From a virus (taxonomy: Duplodnaviria; Caudoviricetes), in IMG/VR virus record IMGVR_UViG_3300020044_003799, positions 1 through 24,755 of that record: 24,755 bases of DNA; one strand, 5' to 3'. The position numbers were made by a program, and so were the translations under genes. The first letter of the stretch is position 1, and every line of letters starts with the position of its first letter. A model generated the notes under the pieces. It was given only the letters and a program-made list of their open reading frames with translations, did not search any database and was not told the origin of the DNA. Below, piece after piece: positions 15,073-23,200 of this stretch.

Positions 15073-15539
15073 TTTTTTCGCGTTTCCTTGTAACCAGGCT
15101 GAATTGCTTCCGTAATCTTGGACATCAATTCAATTTGAATCTGAAATGGAAACTCAATGTCAATGTCTTCATAACTGAGATCGCTCAAATCGCCGTTTTC
15201 GACAACCAGCAGTTTGGTGTACTCGACAATTCGTTGCTCAACTTCAATGGCAGACTTTGCCAGTTCGCGGCATGAGCGGCCTTCAACCGTGACATCATTT
15301 TCAGAAATAACTACGCCCTCAGTTGGCTCACCAACTTTAAATGGAGCGGCAATCTTCTTGTATCGGGCTTCAAGCTTTTCAGCATCAATTGCCGACATTC
15401 GCGCATCCATGTCCTCAATTTCTTTATTGAGTGGAACGCGAACTTTAAATGTGTGTCCACCAAGCTCAAACGATTTGGTGCGGATGCTTACAGCAGATTG
15501 CTGGTATTTTTCGCCAAAGGCAGATGCAAGTTTTGTCAT
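15069..15539 (-). CDS. Tail assembly chaperone G-like (156 aa)
   Basis: Lies between tail tube and tape measure genes; ends CGA AAA AAC TAA (RKN stop). Confidence 0.8.
   Translation of the reverse strand: MTKLASAFGEKYQQSAVSIRTKSFELGGHTFKVRVPLNKEIEDMDARMSAIDAEKLEARYKKIAAPFKVGEPTEGVVISENDVTVEGRSCRELAKSAIEVEQRIVEYTKLLVVENGDLSDLSYEDIDIEFPFQIQIELMSKITEAIQPGYKETRKN
15072..15078 (-). promoter_or_regulatory. -1 programmed ribosomal frameshift heptamer A-AAA-AAC
   Basis: XXXYYYZ heptamer in the correct phase immediately before the G stop codon, with the -1 frame open downstream. Confidence 0.82.
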
Positions 15540-15763
15540 TTGTCATTCCTGATTATTTTGTGATATATGTGTTCATTCAAGTCCATTGCGAACCTGACGA
15601 TTTCCGCTGGCGTCATTTTGTCAGCATGATGTTCTGCAATCTTATGCGCCAGCGTGATTGCAGTCAGCTTTTGTTCTGAAAACCCAAACCAGTCTTTTTT
15701 AAAACCAGCTTGGGCTTGCAGAAATCCAAGCAAATCATTTGTGTTCTGTATTGTTGTGGTCAT
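15536..15763 (-). CDS. Hypothetical protein in tail module (75 aa)
   Basis: ATG 3 nt after the upstream stop; its stop is ATGA-coupled to chaperone G. Confidence 0.7.
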   Translation of the reverse strand: MTTTIQNTNDLLGFLQAQAGFKKDWFGFSEQKLTAITLAHKIAEHHADKMTPAEIVRFAMDLNEHIYHKIIRNDK

Positions 15764-15766
15764 GTT

Positions 15767-15964
15767 TTATTGTGGATTGTATATTTGCAGAAGTTGCAAG
15801 GCAACTCGCTCTGAAGTATCGCCAGCAAGCTCAAGCTCGGCGGCAACTTCTTCTGGATCAACAGTCCATGATCGAGCGACCAAGTTCAAGTCACCATAAG
15901 TGGCGACAATCGCTTGAATCGCTTTCTCTAGCTGCTCACTGCGCTTAGGTGTTTGACCAGCCAT
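15767..15964 (-). CDS. Hypothetical acidic helical protein in tail module (65 aa)
   Basis: The ATG at 15964, preceded by GGGGT, overlaps the last 20 nt of tube gene 2. The ORF fills the gap to the next gene; the start is uncertain. Confidence 0.6.
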   Translation of the reverse strand: MAGQTPKRSEQLEKAIQAIVATYGDLNLVARSWTVDPEEVAAELELAGDTSERVALQLLQIYNPQ

Positions 15965-16463
15965 ATTGATTACCCCGTGGATGAATAGTGAAAATGCATT
16001 TTGCTTCAGCGCCAGGCTGGGCATCAATCTTAAACTCACCAACCCGACCATTGAAGGCATAAGCCACAGTAGTCAGGGCATCCGTAGCGGTAACCACATA
16101 AGTGCGGTCAATCACGCCAGAATAGGCATCCGCACGAATCAGCAACAGGCCAGCATCAGACGGGTTCCAAGCTGCCGTGATGGTCATGCTTGTAGGCGCT
16201 GCCTGAGTTGGGATTTTGTCGCTCTGACGCGAGCCAGCCACAGAGAAAGATGCGCTTGCATCATCTTGGCCAAAAGCTGGGACAGCTTCAACATTCAATT
16301 GAACGCCAGCCGCGCCAGTACCATTGGCAGCAGTGCCAGCAATGGTAGCGACTTGGCCCGTCCACACGGCCAAATTGGCTGTGGTGAATGGAGTTGGTGT
16401 AGCGCCGCTTTGCGCCCACAGTGCGGCTGAAAAGCCAGGAAGAACTTTATTTGGTGCGGCCAT
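15945..16463 (-). CDS. Tail tube (major tail) protein, copy 2 (172 aa)
   Basis: Clear paralogue of 16473-16967; AAGGA SD; position before the chaperones. Confidence 0.8.
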   Translation of the reverse strand: MAAPNKVLPGFSAALWAQSGATPTPFTTANLAVWTGQVATIAGTAANGTGAAGVQLNVEAVPAFGQDDASASFSVAGSRQSDKIPTQAAPTSMTITAAWNPSDAGLLLIRADAYSGVIDRTYVVTATDALTTVAYAFNGRVGEFKIDAQPGAEAKCIFTIHPRGNQYGWSNT

Positions 16464-16472
16464 GATAAATCC

Positions 16473-16967
16473 TTATGCGTTGTTAGACCAACCGTACATG
16501 TTTCCACGGGGATGAATCGTGAAAATACACTTTGCTTCAGCACCAGGTTGTGCGTCAATTTTGAATTCACCGACACGGGCGTTGAAAGCGTAATAAACAA
16601 TGTTTGTGCCTTCAGTAGCCGACACCACAAAGGTGCGGTCAACCACGCCAGAATAAGCATCGCCACGCATCAGCAACAGATTGGCATCCGATGGATTCCA
16701 TGCGGCAGTGATCGTCATGCTGGTTGGTGCAGCTTGCGTTGGGATTTTGTCCGACTGACGCGAACCGGCCACAGAGAACGAAGCAGACGCATCATCCTGA
16801 CCAAAGGCAGGAATGGCTTCCACGGGCAGCAGATTGCCGTTTACAGCGATTGCAGCCACACTGGCAAGGGTAGACAGGCCAGACAGCGTCAAAGCGGTTG
16901 GAGAGGCCGTAGGCTGGCAATACATTGCTGCGCTAAAACCAGGGAGAACTTTATTTGGAAGAGCCAT
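16473..16967 (-). CDS. Tail tube (major tail) protein, copy 1 (164 aa)
   Basis: Follows the tail terminator gene; AAGGA SD; beta-rich tube-like pattern (P.FG...K.P....P.SMTIT..WNP...YAFN.RV). Confidence 0.8.
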   Translation of the reverse strand: MALPNKVLPGFSAAMYCQPTASPTALTLSGLSTLASVAAIAVNGNLLPVEAIPAFGQDDASASFSVAGSRQSDKIPTQAAPTSMTITAAWNPSDANLLLMRGDAYSGVVDRTFVVSATEGTNIVYYAFNARVGEFKIDAQPGAEAKCIFTIHPRGNMYGWSNNA

Positions 16968-16999
16968 TTTGATTCCTTAGAAAATTGATGAGTGTTATC

Positions 17000-17416
17000 T
17001 TATGTCGGTACTTGCAGCTGACAATCTAGGAAAACCTGTGCAAGCTTTTGTTCATTGTCATAACTGTTGTACAGCCAATTAACATCTGCTTTTGAGATTT
17101 GGATTCCGTAAGTTGCACCACCAAAAAGTCCACTATATCCATGCAGAGATTGTAGTATCTGATTGGAAATAGTGAAACCATCTTCAATCGCTTGGGTAAA
17201 GATGCTGATTTGAAAAATCGGAGTATCAATACCCTTAACCGACTGAACTGGCCCCGTATAAACCGGCTGATGCACATTTCGCAGCATCCATGTAATGAAC
17301 TTGGGCTGGGTTGCATAGTTACGGTTGAATGCTGCATACACAGGCACTGGCGTGACAATTGCCGCCAGATGAGCCTGTATAGCCCTCGCATAATCGACAG
17401 GATTCATTTGCGTCAT
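17000..17416 (-). CDS. Tail terminator / completion protein (DUF3168 or SPP1 gp17-like)
   Basis: Size and position; VPVY...PKFITW...FQISIF...LHGY pattern. Confidence 0.72.
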   Translation of the reverse strand: MTQMNPVDYARAIQAHLAAIVTPVPVYAAFNRNYATQPKFITWMLRNVHQPVYTGPVQSVKGIDTPIFQISIFTQAIEDGFTISNQILQSLHGYSGLFGGATYGIQISKADVNWLYNSYDNEQKLAQVFLDCQLQVPT

Positions 17417-17757
17417 ACTGCGGCCACCGGATCGTTACGAACACAAGTAATTGCAACAGTCATGCGATCATTCGATTCACGCACATTGTCAATGCGCCAA
17501 TCGTAACCACGCCAATTGATTGAATACAAATTTGAATTATCAAAAATTGCTCTTGTATTTGGCGTGTAGTTCAGCGTGAATTCAACCACATCAGCATAAA
17601 CCCGATATTTATCGGTAATCTTGACATTGTTGGCAACAGAATGAACTCGAGCGCGGGTTTGAAACCACAATGCTTGTGTCGTGCTTTGCTCACCAAAGGC
17701 GCTTTGTCCAAAGGTCAGGTTGTTCACAGAAATGTTTTCAAACCGTGCTATTGCCAT
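17413..17757 (-). CDS. Head closure / head-tail adaptor (SPP1 gp16-like)
   Basis: 114 aa with FGE, I.W.G.DWRI..V.E and C-terminal ITC pattern; expected position. Confidence 0.75.
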   Translation of the reverse strand: MAIARFENISVNNLTFGQSAFGEQSTTQALWFQTRARVHSVANNVKITDKYRVYADVVEFTLNYTPNTRAIFDNSNLYSINWRGYDWRIDNVRESNDRMTVAITCVRNDPVAAV

Positions 17758-18423
17758 TTACATCACCAGTGGTTTGTAAGGGCGAAGCAAGGTAGCCACA
17801 CCGAAAGGAATTTCTTTCAGTTTGACTTCAGTGCTATTGCTGCGGTTGTTGTAGATGTGCGTGAGCAATAGCAAACCCGCCTGTTTAATCACAGGATATG
17901 ACGCAATCGGATTGGCTGCGGTGGTGTACTCCATCACAATTGGCGCGGTCATATTGGTGTTGATGTCACTCGGCAGTGATGCCAGAATTACTTTGTTCCC
18001 AGTGGGATCGTAGTAATAGCCGGTCAGGGCTGTAAACACCGATGGCGTTGAATCATTCCAATAGCCCAGCGAATTAATCGTCACACCAGACAGCAATGGA
18101 TTTGCATTCAGACTAACCTCTGGCAAGTCCAAAGACGAAGGCGAAGCCACCATGCCTTCACCACCATAGTAAACCCGATATTTCGTTGCGAAGATAGACA
18201 GGCCCAAATAGTCTTCAATGGCAAAGCGAGTCGCCAATTCAATTGAAGACAGGTACACATCTTGACTTCCATCACCAAACAAATTTAATTGATTGGTGAT
18301 TTCGGTCAAGGTCAACCAAGCAGTAGACACATTCCGGTCAATTTGCTCAAACTTTGAGTAATTGAACGGATTGCGCGACTGTGCAGCGTAGGGGTAGCCA
18401 CCCATCAGGGCTGAATCAGACAT
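17758..18423 (-). CDS. Head-tail connector (HK97 gp6 family, long form with insertion)
   Basis: LTLTEI..QL...D.YL..I..A...IE.YLG and IKQAGLLLLTHIYNNRS...IPFGV..LL.PYK motifs. Confidence 0.85.
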   Translation of the reverse strand: MSDSALMGGYPYAAQSRNPFNYSKFEQIDRNVSTAWLTLTEITNQLNLFGDGSQDVYLSSIELATRFAIEDYLGLSIFATKYRVYYGGEGMVASPSSLDLPEVSLNANPLLSGVTINSLGYWNDSTPSVFTALTGYYYDPTGNKVILASLPSDINTNMTAPIVMEYTTAANPIASYPVIKQAGLLLLTHIYNNRSNSTEVKLKEIPFGVATLLRPYKPLVM

Positions 18424-18425
18424 GA

Positions 18426-19463
18426 TTAAGTCTCGATAAGACGAACACCAGCAAATGGATCGCGCACAGTACTTACCATGCGTTTCTCAGCGTACATAGT
18501 CACAAAGCCAGGTGCGGTTTGCTCCATCATTTGGATGGTCATTTCTTCCACATCAGCAATGGTCATGAATCGCGGCCAGTTGGCGAGATACACGGGGAAA
18601 TTACCAACAACGCCAGTTGGGTCAAGATATGGATTTGGAATCACAGGGAAACCAAGAAGGTTAACCGCTGGGCCTTCACCAAACTCACCAGTTTCAACCA
18701 AAGAGTATCCACCGCCACCATGCGCGTATTGACGAATTAGGCTGATGTAGCTCGGGTGCATGTGCCAAGCAGTACCTGGCAGTCCCCAATACTGAGGAGG
18801 CAAAGCATTAGCCATTTCAGCCAGTGTTTCGTAATTAACTGATGTGTGCGAGTGGCCTACTGTTGCCAGCGTGTGCAAACCATTGGTCATGGCCGTGCCA
18901 GATGTGCCATAGGCCGCGACTGCACCAGCAGCGCCAGGGTAAGCATTCAAACCGCGCAAACCATCCGTTGCGCCAGTTGTTGTAGTCGTGCTACCAGCTT
19001 GATCGTCATTGTTTGCTGCCGATGCAGCTTCAACGGCCGAAAATTCCAGCATCAAATCTTCAACCAGAGTTTCGTTCAGATAGTTGATGTCTGACATTGC
19101 CGCAGTGCGGATTGGCAGCTGGGCGGTAATGACTCGCGTTGGCAATTGCCAAATCGAAGTCGTTGTGTTGGGTGTTCCGCTGTTAGGCGTGAAAGTGTAG
19201 CCCCAAGGATTTGCCTGAGTGGTGGCATTACCTGTCTTTGCGACAAACTGAGCACTTGAGCCATCGACCTTGATTTGTCGAGCGCCAATGCGAAATGGGT
19301 TTGCATATCGCAGCGCAGCAAATGCGTCATCAAAATAAGTGCGACCGCCAACACCATCACCAGAACCGGTAATTGCAGATGCCTCGCGCAAATCAATAGT
19401 GACTTTTTCGCCGGTTTGGATTGCTTCTTTAATACCAGTGAGAATTTTTTCGGTGATAGTCAT
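18426..19463 (-). CDS. Second HK97-fold capsid protein paralogue lacking the delta domain (345 aa)
   Basis: Colinear with the MCP from EASA.T..GDG.GGRT through TSIWQL, PIRTAA, DGLRGLN.YPGA, GLH.LAT, ALP.QYW, PGF.T...EKR to VRDP. Start set at the ATG at 19463. Confidence 0.9.
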   Translation of the reverse strand: MTITEKILTGIKEAIQTGEKVTIDLREASAITGSGDGVGGRTYFDDAFAALRYANPFRIGARQIKVDGSSAQFVAKTGNATTQANPWGYTFTPNSGTPNTTTSIWQLPTRVITAQLPIRTAAMSDINYLNETLVEDLMLEFSAVEAASAANNDDQAGSTTTTTGATDGLRGLNAYPGAAGAVAAYGTSGTAMTNGLHTLATVGHSHTSVNYETLAEMANALPPQYWGLPGTAWHMHPSYISLIRQYAHGGGGYSLVETGEFGEGPAVNLLGFPVIPNPYLDPTGVVGNFPVYLANWPRFMTIADVEEMTIQMMEQTAPGFVTMYAEKRMVSTVRDPFAGVRLIET

Positions 19464-19487
19464 ACGGTCATCCAATTAAAAGTTGCG

Positions 19488-19515
19488 AAAAAAGGCAGGG
19501 GCCGTAGCCCCCGCC
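19488..19515 (-). terminator. Intrinsic terminator after the major capsid gene
   Basis: Minus strand reads GGCGGGGGC-TACG-GCCCCTGCC-TTTTTT: a 9-bp stem with one G-U pair, a cUACGg tetraloop and 6 U. Confidence 0.9.
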
Positions 19516-19527
19516 AGATGGCAACAA

Positions 19528-20892
19528 TTAAGCTGCCGCAGTACCAGTGGAGCGGTAACGGATCAGTGCGTTAGGGTCGCGCACCGAAGTTGCCAAACGC
19601 TTTTCGCCAAAAAATGTAATAAATCCTGGCAATGTTTGGTCGTAGCGGCGCATAACCATGTTCAGACGATCAATGATCGTGTGACCACGCGACCAGTCAC
19701 CGAAGAACATTGGGTACTTGCTGACAGTACCAGCAGTGGCAGCAGCCAACTGGCTTGGAGTGTCCAAGTACTTGTTCATCACCACATCAAAGCCCAACAT
19801 CTGGCCGATGATGCCATCAGGATTCAGCGACTCAGTGGAGTTGAAGATTGGACGGCCATTGGTGTCTTGCAGACCACGGATGGCTTGTGCAAGGATCGGG
19901 CTGACCATGAACTTGGCGCTGTCAGTCCAGTACTGCTGTGGCAGTGCGTAGATTGTGTTGATCACATCTTTGTACTGGATGTTGTTAGCGCCGACAGTGT
20001 TGCTGTTGGTGGTGATTTGGTCGTAAGTGGCAAGCGAATGCAAGCCAGTTGTCGAGCCAGTACCAGAACTACCAAAAGCTGCAACAGAAGTCGTGCCGCC
20101 AGCGTAGGTGGAATTTGCACCAGGGTACTGATTCAGACCACGCAGACCATCAGCGCCACCGGTAGAAACCGTAGTGCCGGAACCGGTCTGGTCGTTGTTC
20201 TGGATCATGGACAGTGCTTCAGACTGAGCGAACTCGGCCAGCATGTCATCAACCACATTGGCTTCCAGACCATCGATGTCATCCAGAGCAGCGGTACGGA
20301 TTGGGAACTGGACATTGATGTCCTTCAGAACCAATTGCCAGATGCTGGTGTTTTCAGTCGTTGGGTTGATGTTGCCAGTGCCGTTATTTTGAATGGCATA
20401 GCCCCACTGAGCGCCAGCATTACCGGTCTTCACTCGGAACTGGTAGCTAGAACCATCAGTGGCAACAGTGCGCGACAGGCCACGCATTGGGTTTGCCAAA
20501 CGCAGGGCAACAAACACTGGATCATAAGCAGTACGACCACCTTGACCATCGCCGCCAGCAGTCAGAGCCGATGCCTCTTTCAAGTAGGCAGCGTACTGGG
20601 ATTCATCAGCAAACATTTTCAGTTCGCGCTCAACTTTGTTGTTGGCTTTGTAGAAGTCGGCCAGTTGCTCGACAACCGAACGGTTCACATCTTGGCGAAT
20701 AGATTTCGCAACAGGACGGATGATTGCGGGTGCGCCCAAAGTGGAAATTTTGGCTTCCAGAGCAGACAGTTTGTCGCTAACATCAGCTTTGATGGCTTCA
20801 ATTTTGGACTCAGCAGCAGTAGTAACTTCTGCGATTTTGGTTGCTTGAGCGGCTTCAATAGCGTCAAGCTTTTCGATGATTTCTTTAGACAT
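19528..20892 (-). CDS. Major capsid protein, HK97 family, with N-terminal coiled-coil delta domain (454 aa)
   Basis: Follows the protease; AAGGA SD; ~105-aa helical N-terminus; LQDTNGRPIF...LGFDVV.N.YL...FFGDW; strongly biased codon use. Confidence 0.94.
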   Translation of the reverse strand: MSKEIIEKLDAIEAAQATKIAEVTTAAESKIEAIKADVSDKLSALEAKISTLGAPAIIRPVAKSIRQDVNRSVVEQLADFYKANNKVERELKMFADESQYAAYLKEASALTAGGDGQGGRTAYDPVFVALRLANPMRGLSRTVATDGSSYQFRVKTGNAGAQWGYAIQNNGTGNINPTTENTSIWQLVLKDINVQFPIRTAALDDIDGLEANVVDDMLAEFAQSEALSMIQNNDQTGSGTTVSTGGADGLRGLNQYPGANSTYAGGTTSVAAFGSSGTGSTTGLHSLATYDQITTNSNTVGANNIQYKDVINTIYALPQQYWTDSAKFMVSPILAQAIRGLQDTNGRPIFNSTESLNPDGIIGQMLGFDVVMNKYLDTPSQLAAATAGTVSKYPMFFGDWSRGHTIIDRLNMVMRRYDQTLPGFITFFGEKRLATSVRDPNALIRYRSTGTAAA

Positions 20893-20894
20893 GA

Positions 20895-21671
20895 TTATCC
20901 TTTGAGACGATTAGAAAGAGTTTTCAGAAGTTCACGCTGCTCAAGAGCGGCAAGAATTTCTGCGTTAGCCGCATCTGACGATACATCCCGCACTTCAGAC
21001 TTGGATTCAATTGCAGCGGGAATAGCATCACGCTTTTCCACAATGCCTTTGATTACAGATGCGGCTAATTTCGCATCTTTTTTGTCAAGTCCTGCATCCC
21101 GCAGAGCTTGTTCAAAAACCTTAAGATCGGCGCTGCCATCAGGCCGGAAATACTCCAGCTTGTGGACTTCTGCCGCAGGGTTATTTGGATACATCACCAC
21201 GCTGACTTCACGCAAGCCGCCTTTGGTGATTTGGAAATATGCTTCATCAGTTTGATCTGGTTCGCCTTGAGCGTTAACCATTTGATACGATTCAGCGTAA
21301 GCGCCAACAGAAACACCGCCAAACATAGCCGGAGATTCCTTCATCACTTGATAAAGATCGCTGCCTTGGGTGGTGTTTGTGTAAAGGCGACCAGCGGCAG
21401 TCATGCCGGTATCGTCAAACTCAAAAGAAGTCCATTCACCAACAGGAATTGCATCTGCGGAATGGTTTACAAACATGGGCAGTGGGCGACCAGCTTTGCT
21501 GAATTCATTTGCCCAATCCATAAAGCCTTCTGGCTGATAATTGAACCGGCGACCATCAGCACCTTCTCGAGCGCCCCATGAAGTAACTCGGGCTTCAATA
21601 GCACCGGAATTACTATTCGTTTTCTCGAGGACTAGTTTCGCCTCGCAGACCATCAGTACTTTTTCGGTCAT
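20895..21671 (-). CDS. Prohead maturation protease, HK97 family (258 aa)
   Basis: PMFVNH...PVGEW, GVSVG and LREVSVVMYPNNP.A motifs; GAGGT SD. Confidence 0.92.
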   Translation of the reverse strand: MTEKVLMVCEAKLVLEKTNSNSGAIEARVTSWGAREGADGRRFNYQPEGFMDWANEFSKAGRPLPMFVNHSADAIPVGEWTSFEFDDTGMTAAGRLYTNTTQGSDLYQVMKESPAMFGGVSVGAYAESYQMVNAQGEPDQTDEAYFQITKGGLREVSVVMYPNNPAAEVHKLEYFRPDGSADLKVFEQALRDAGLDKKDAKLAASVIKGIVEKRDAIPAAIESKSEVRDVSSDAANAEILAALEQRELLKTLSNRLKG

Positions 21672-21801
21672 GGATTACCTCATTGATTTTCGTTCTGTCC
21701 ACATCTTGTACTAATTTTACTGGCCTACCTCTGCCACGCTTAATAATGGCATTTGGCTTATATGATGCCAAAGATGCTACCACTATTTTAAAATTAGACA
21801 A
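21613..21801 (-). CDS. Possible small basic protein with AT-hook-like motif KRGRGRP (62 aa)
   Basis: TTG start 1 nt after the portal stop; it spans an otherwise empty 131-nt gap and overlaps the protease start. Confidence 0.35.
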   Translation of the reverse strand: MSNFKIVVASLASYKPNAIIKRGRGRPVKLVQDVDRTKINEVIHDRKSTDGLRGETSPRENE

Positions 21802-21802
21802 T

Positions 21803-23188
21803 TTATTTTCCCAAATTCATTTTTTTGCGCTGTTGGCCCCCACCGCCACCAGTATCTTGGGCTGATTGGCCTGGGATTGGCTCGACCTTACCTTGCGACA
21901 ATTCATCGCCACCCTCAATATTCTTCATGCCCATATATTCACGGGCTTCATTGGGCGTGAGAATACCAGCACCGACTCCGGCCACCGCAAAGTTCATTTG
22001 CGACAGTGGATCGCCTTTGAGGAAGTTGCGAGTATCAAACTCAATGCTCAGTGATGGATAACCAGGGAACAAATGCTGCTTGAGCTTTTGTTGGACATTC
22101 ACAATCAGCGGATACATGCCTGATTTGTAGAACTCATCCATCACGGTTTGGGTGTTGTTGTACTTCTGGTCAGCAATGCCAATCATCGAAGGTGGCACAC
22201 CAAACAAACCGCAAATCCGCTTCATGGTTTGCTCTTTAAGGGCAGCGGCATCCGCATCCTGCAAGTTCAGCATGTCCAAAGGCGTGTATTTCATGCCCTG
22301 ATCAAGCAACATGCCTTGACCTGGCTTTGATGGATCGCTGTTCCGGCTGCCGGTCATGCTAGACCACGCCTCTTTCAGTCGAGCAGCAATTTCTTTGTAT
22401 TTGCCGTCAGGGATAACCTGTTCGGTCACAAACATGCCAGACGGTTTGGCGCCATTCTGCATGACATAGTTGGCGTACAGGTCAATGTCCTGATCCAGAC
22501 CCACCAACTCAGCCGCCAGAATGCCTTTATTGAAGCCAGCAGAGCCTTGCCACGATTGATCCATGACATGCATCACCTGATGGGCTGCAAGTGGCTCATC
22601 ACGCGAGAATCCATAGGACGGCGTGGACAGGCGGTAGGACGGATATCGAGCCGGTGTGATTGTTGTGGCAATCAGGGTCGAGTCGAATACATACATCTCC
22701 AGTGGAGTCTGTGTCGGGCTTTCCTGATCTTTTCTCCACCACAGGATAAACACCTCACCCGACAATTCATGCCACATCAAGTACTGATACCAGAACTCGT
22801 AAGTTGACTGAAAGTTATTTGGCTGATTCAGTAGGGTAGAAACCTGTTTGGCCTTGGCCTTGTCTCGAGCGCCGACATCTGGGCTTTTGATCGCGTCCTT
22901 ATATGCGCCATCATCAGACTCGCACATTACCCGAATTGGCAACTGAGCAAGCGCCCGTGCTTTAGCCGCCACGCAAGCCATGACAGTCGAATTGCGTGTG
23001 AGCATCGACATATCGACCGGCCTACCGGCACTTGTGGTGCTGGCAGTGGTGACATAGAGAATCTGGGTGTTTACGCTGGGTTTCTGGTTAGAACCCTGAT
23101 AAACGATATTATTTCCAAGTGCAGTTTGGCCGAAAAGCGAGTTGCTTTCATCGACTTTCTTGGCTTTAAATCTGTCGAAAATACCCAT
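21803..23188 (-). CDS. Portal protein, HK97 family (461 aa)
   Basis: V.ACV...A..LAQLP, LLNQPN..Q...EFW, NGAKPSG, L..GMKY.P, ICGLFGVPP.MIG and GILTPNEAR motifs; GGAGG SD. Confidence 0.96.
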   Translation of the reverse strand: MGIFDRFKAKKVDESNSLFGQTALGNNIVYQGSNQKPSVNTQILYVTTASTTSAGRPVDMSMLTRNSTVMACVAAKARALAQLPIRVMCESDDGAYKDAIKSPDVGARDKAKAKQVSTLLNQPNNFQSTYEFWYQYLMWHELSGEVFILWWRKDQESPTQTPLEMYVFDSTLIATTITPARYPSYRLSTPSYGFSRDEPLAAHQVMHVMDQSWQGSAGFNKGILAAELVGLDQDIDLYANYVMQNGAKPSGMFVTEQVIPDGKYKEIAARLKEAWSSMTGSRNSDPSKPGQGMLLDQGMKYTPLDMLNLQDADAAALKEQTMKRICGLFGVPPSMIGIADQKYNNTQTVMDEFYKSGMYPLIVNVQQKLKQHLFPGYPSLSIEFDTRNFLKGDPLSQMNFAVAGVGAGILTPNEAREYMGMKNIEGGDELSQGKVEPIPGQSAQDTGGGGGQQRKKMNLGK

Positions 23189-23200
23189 AAATCCTCCGTT

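Noticed and set aside
15966-16988. Two similar plus-strand ORFs (154 and 158 aa)
   Set aside because: Antisense shadows of the two tail-tube paralogues. The DNA differences are synonymous on the minus strand, which identifies it as the coding strand.
15945-20892. Capsid and tube duplications as an assembly artefact
   Set aside because: The copies differ extensively at nucleotide level and by indels, and each has its own start context.
19483-21255. 590-aa plus-strand ORF antisense to the major capsid and protease genes
   Set aside because: It is in codon register with the MCP, so it stays open simply because this biased gene avoids TTA, CTA and TCA codons. It has a TTG start inside the terminator region and no recognisable motifs.
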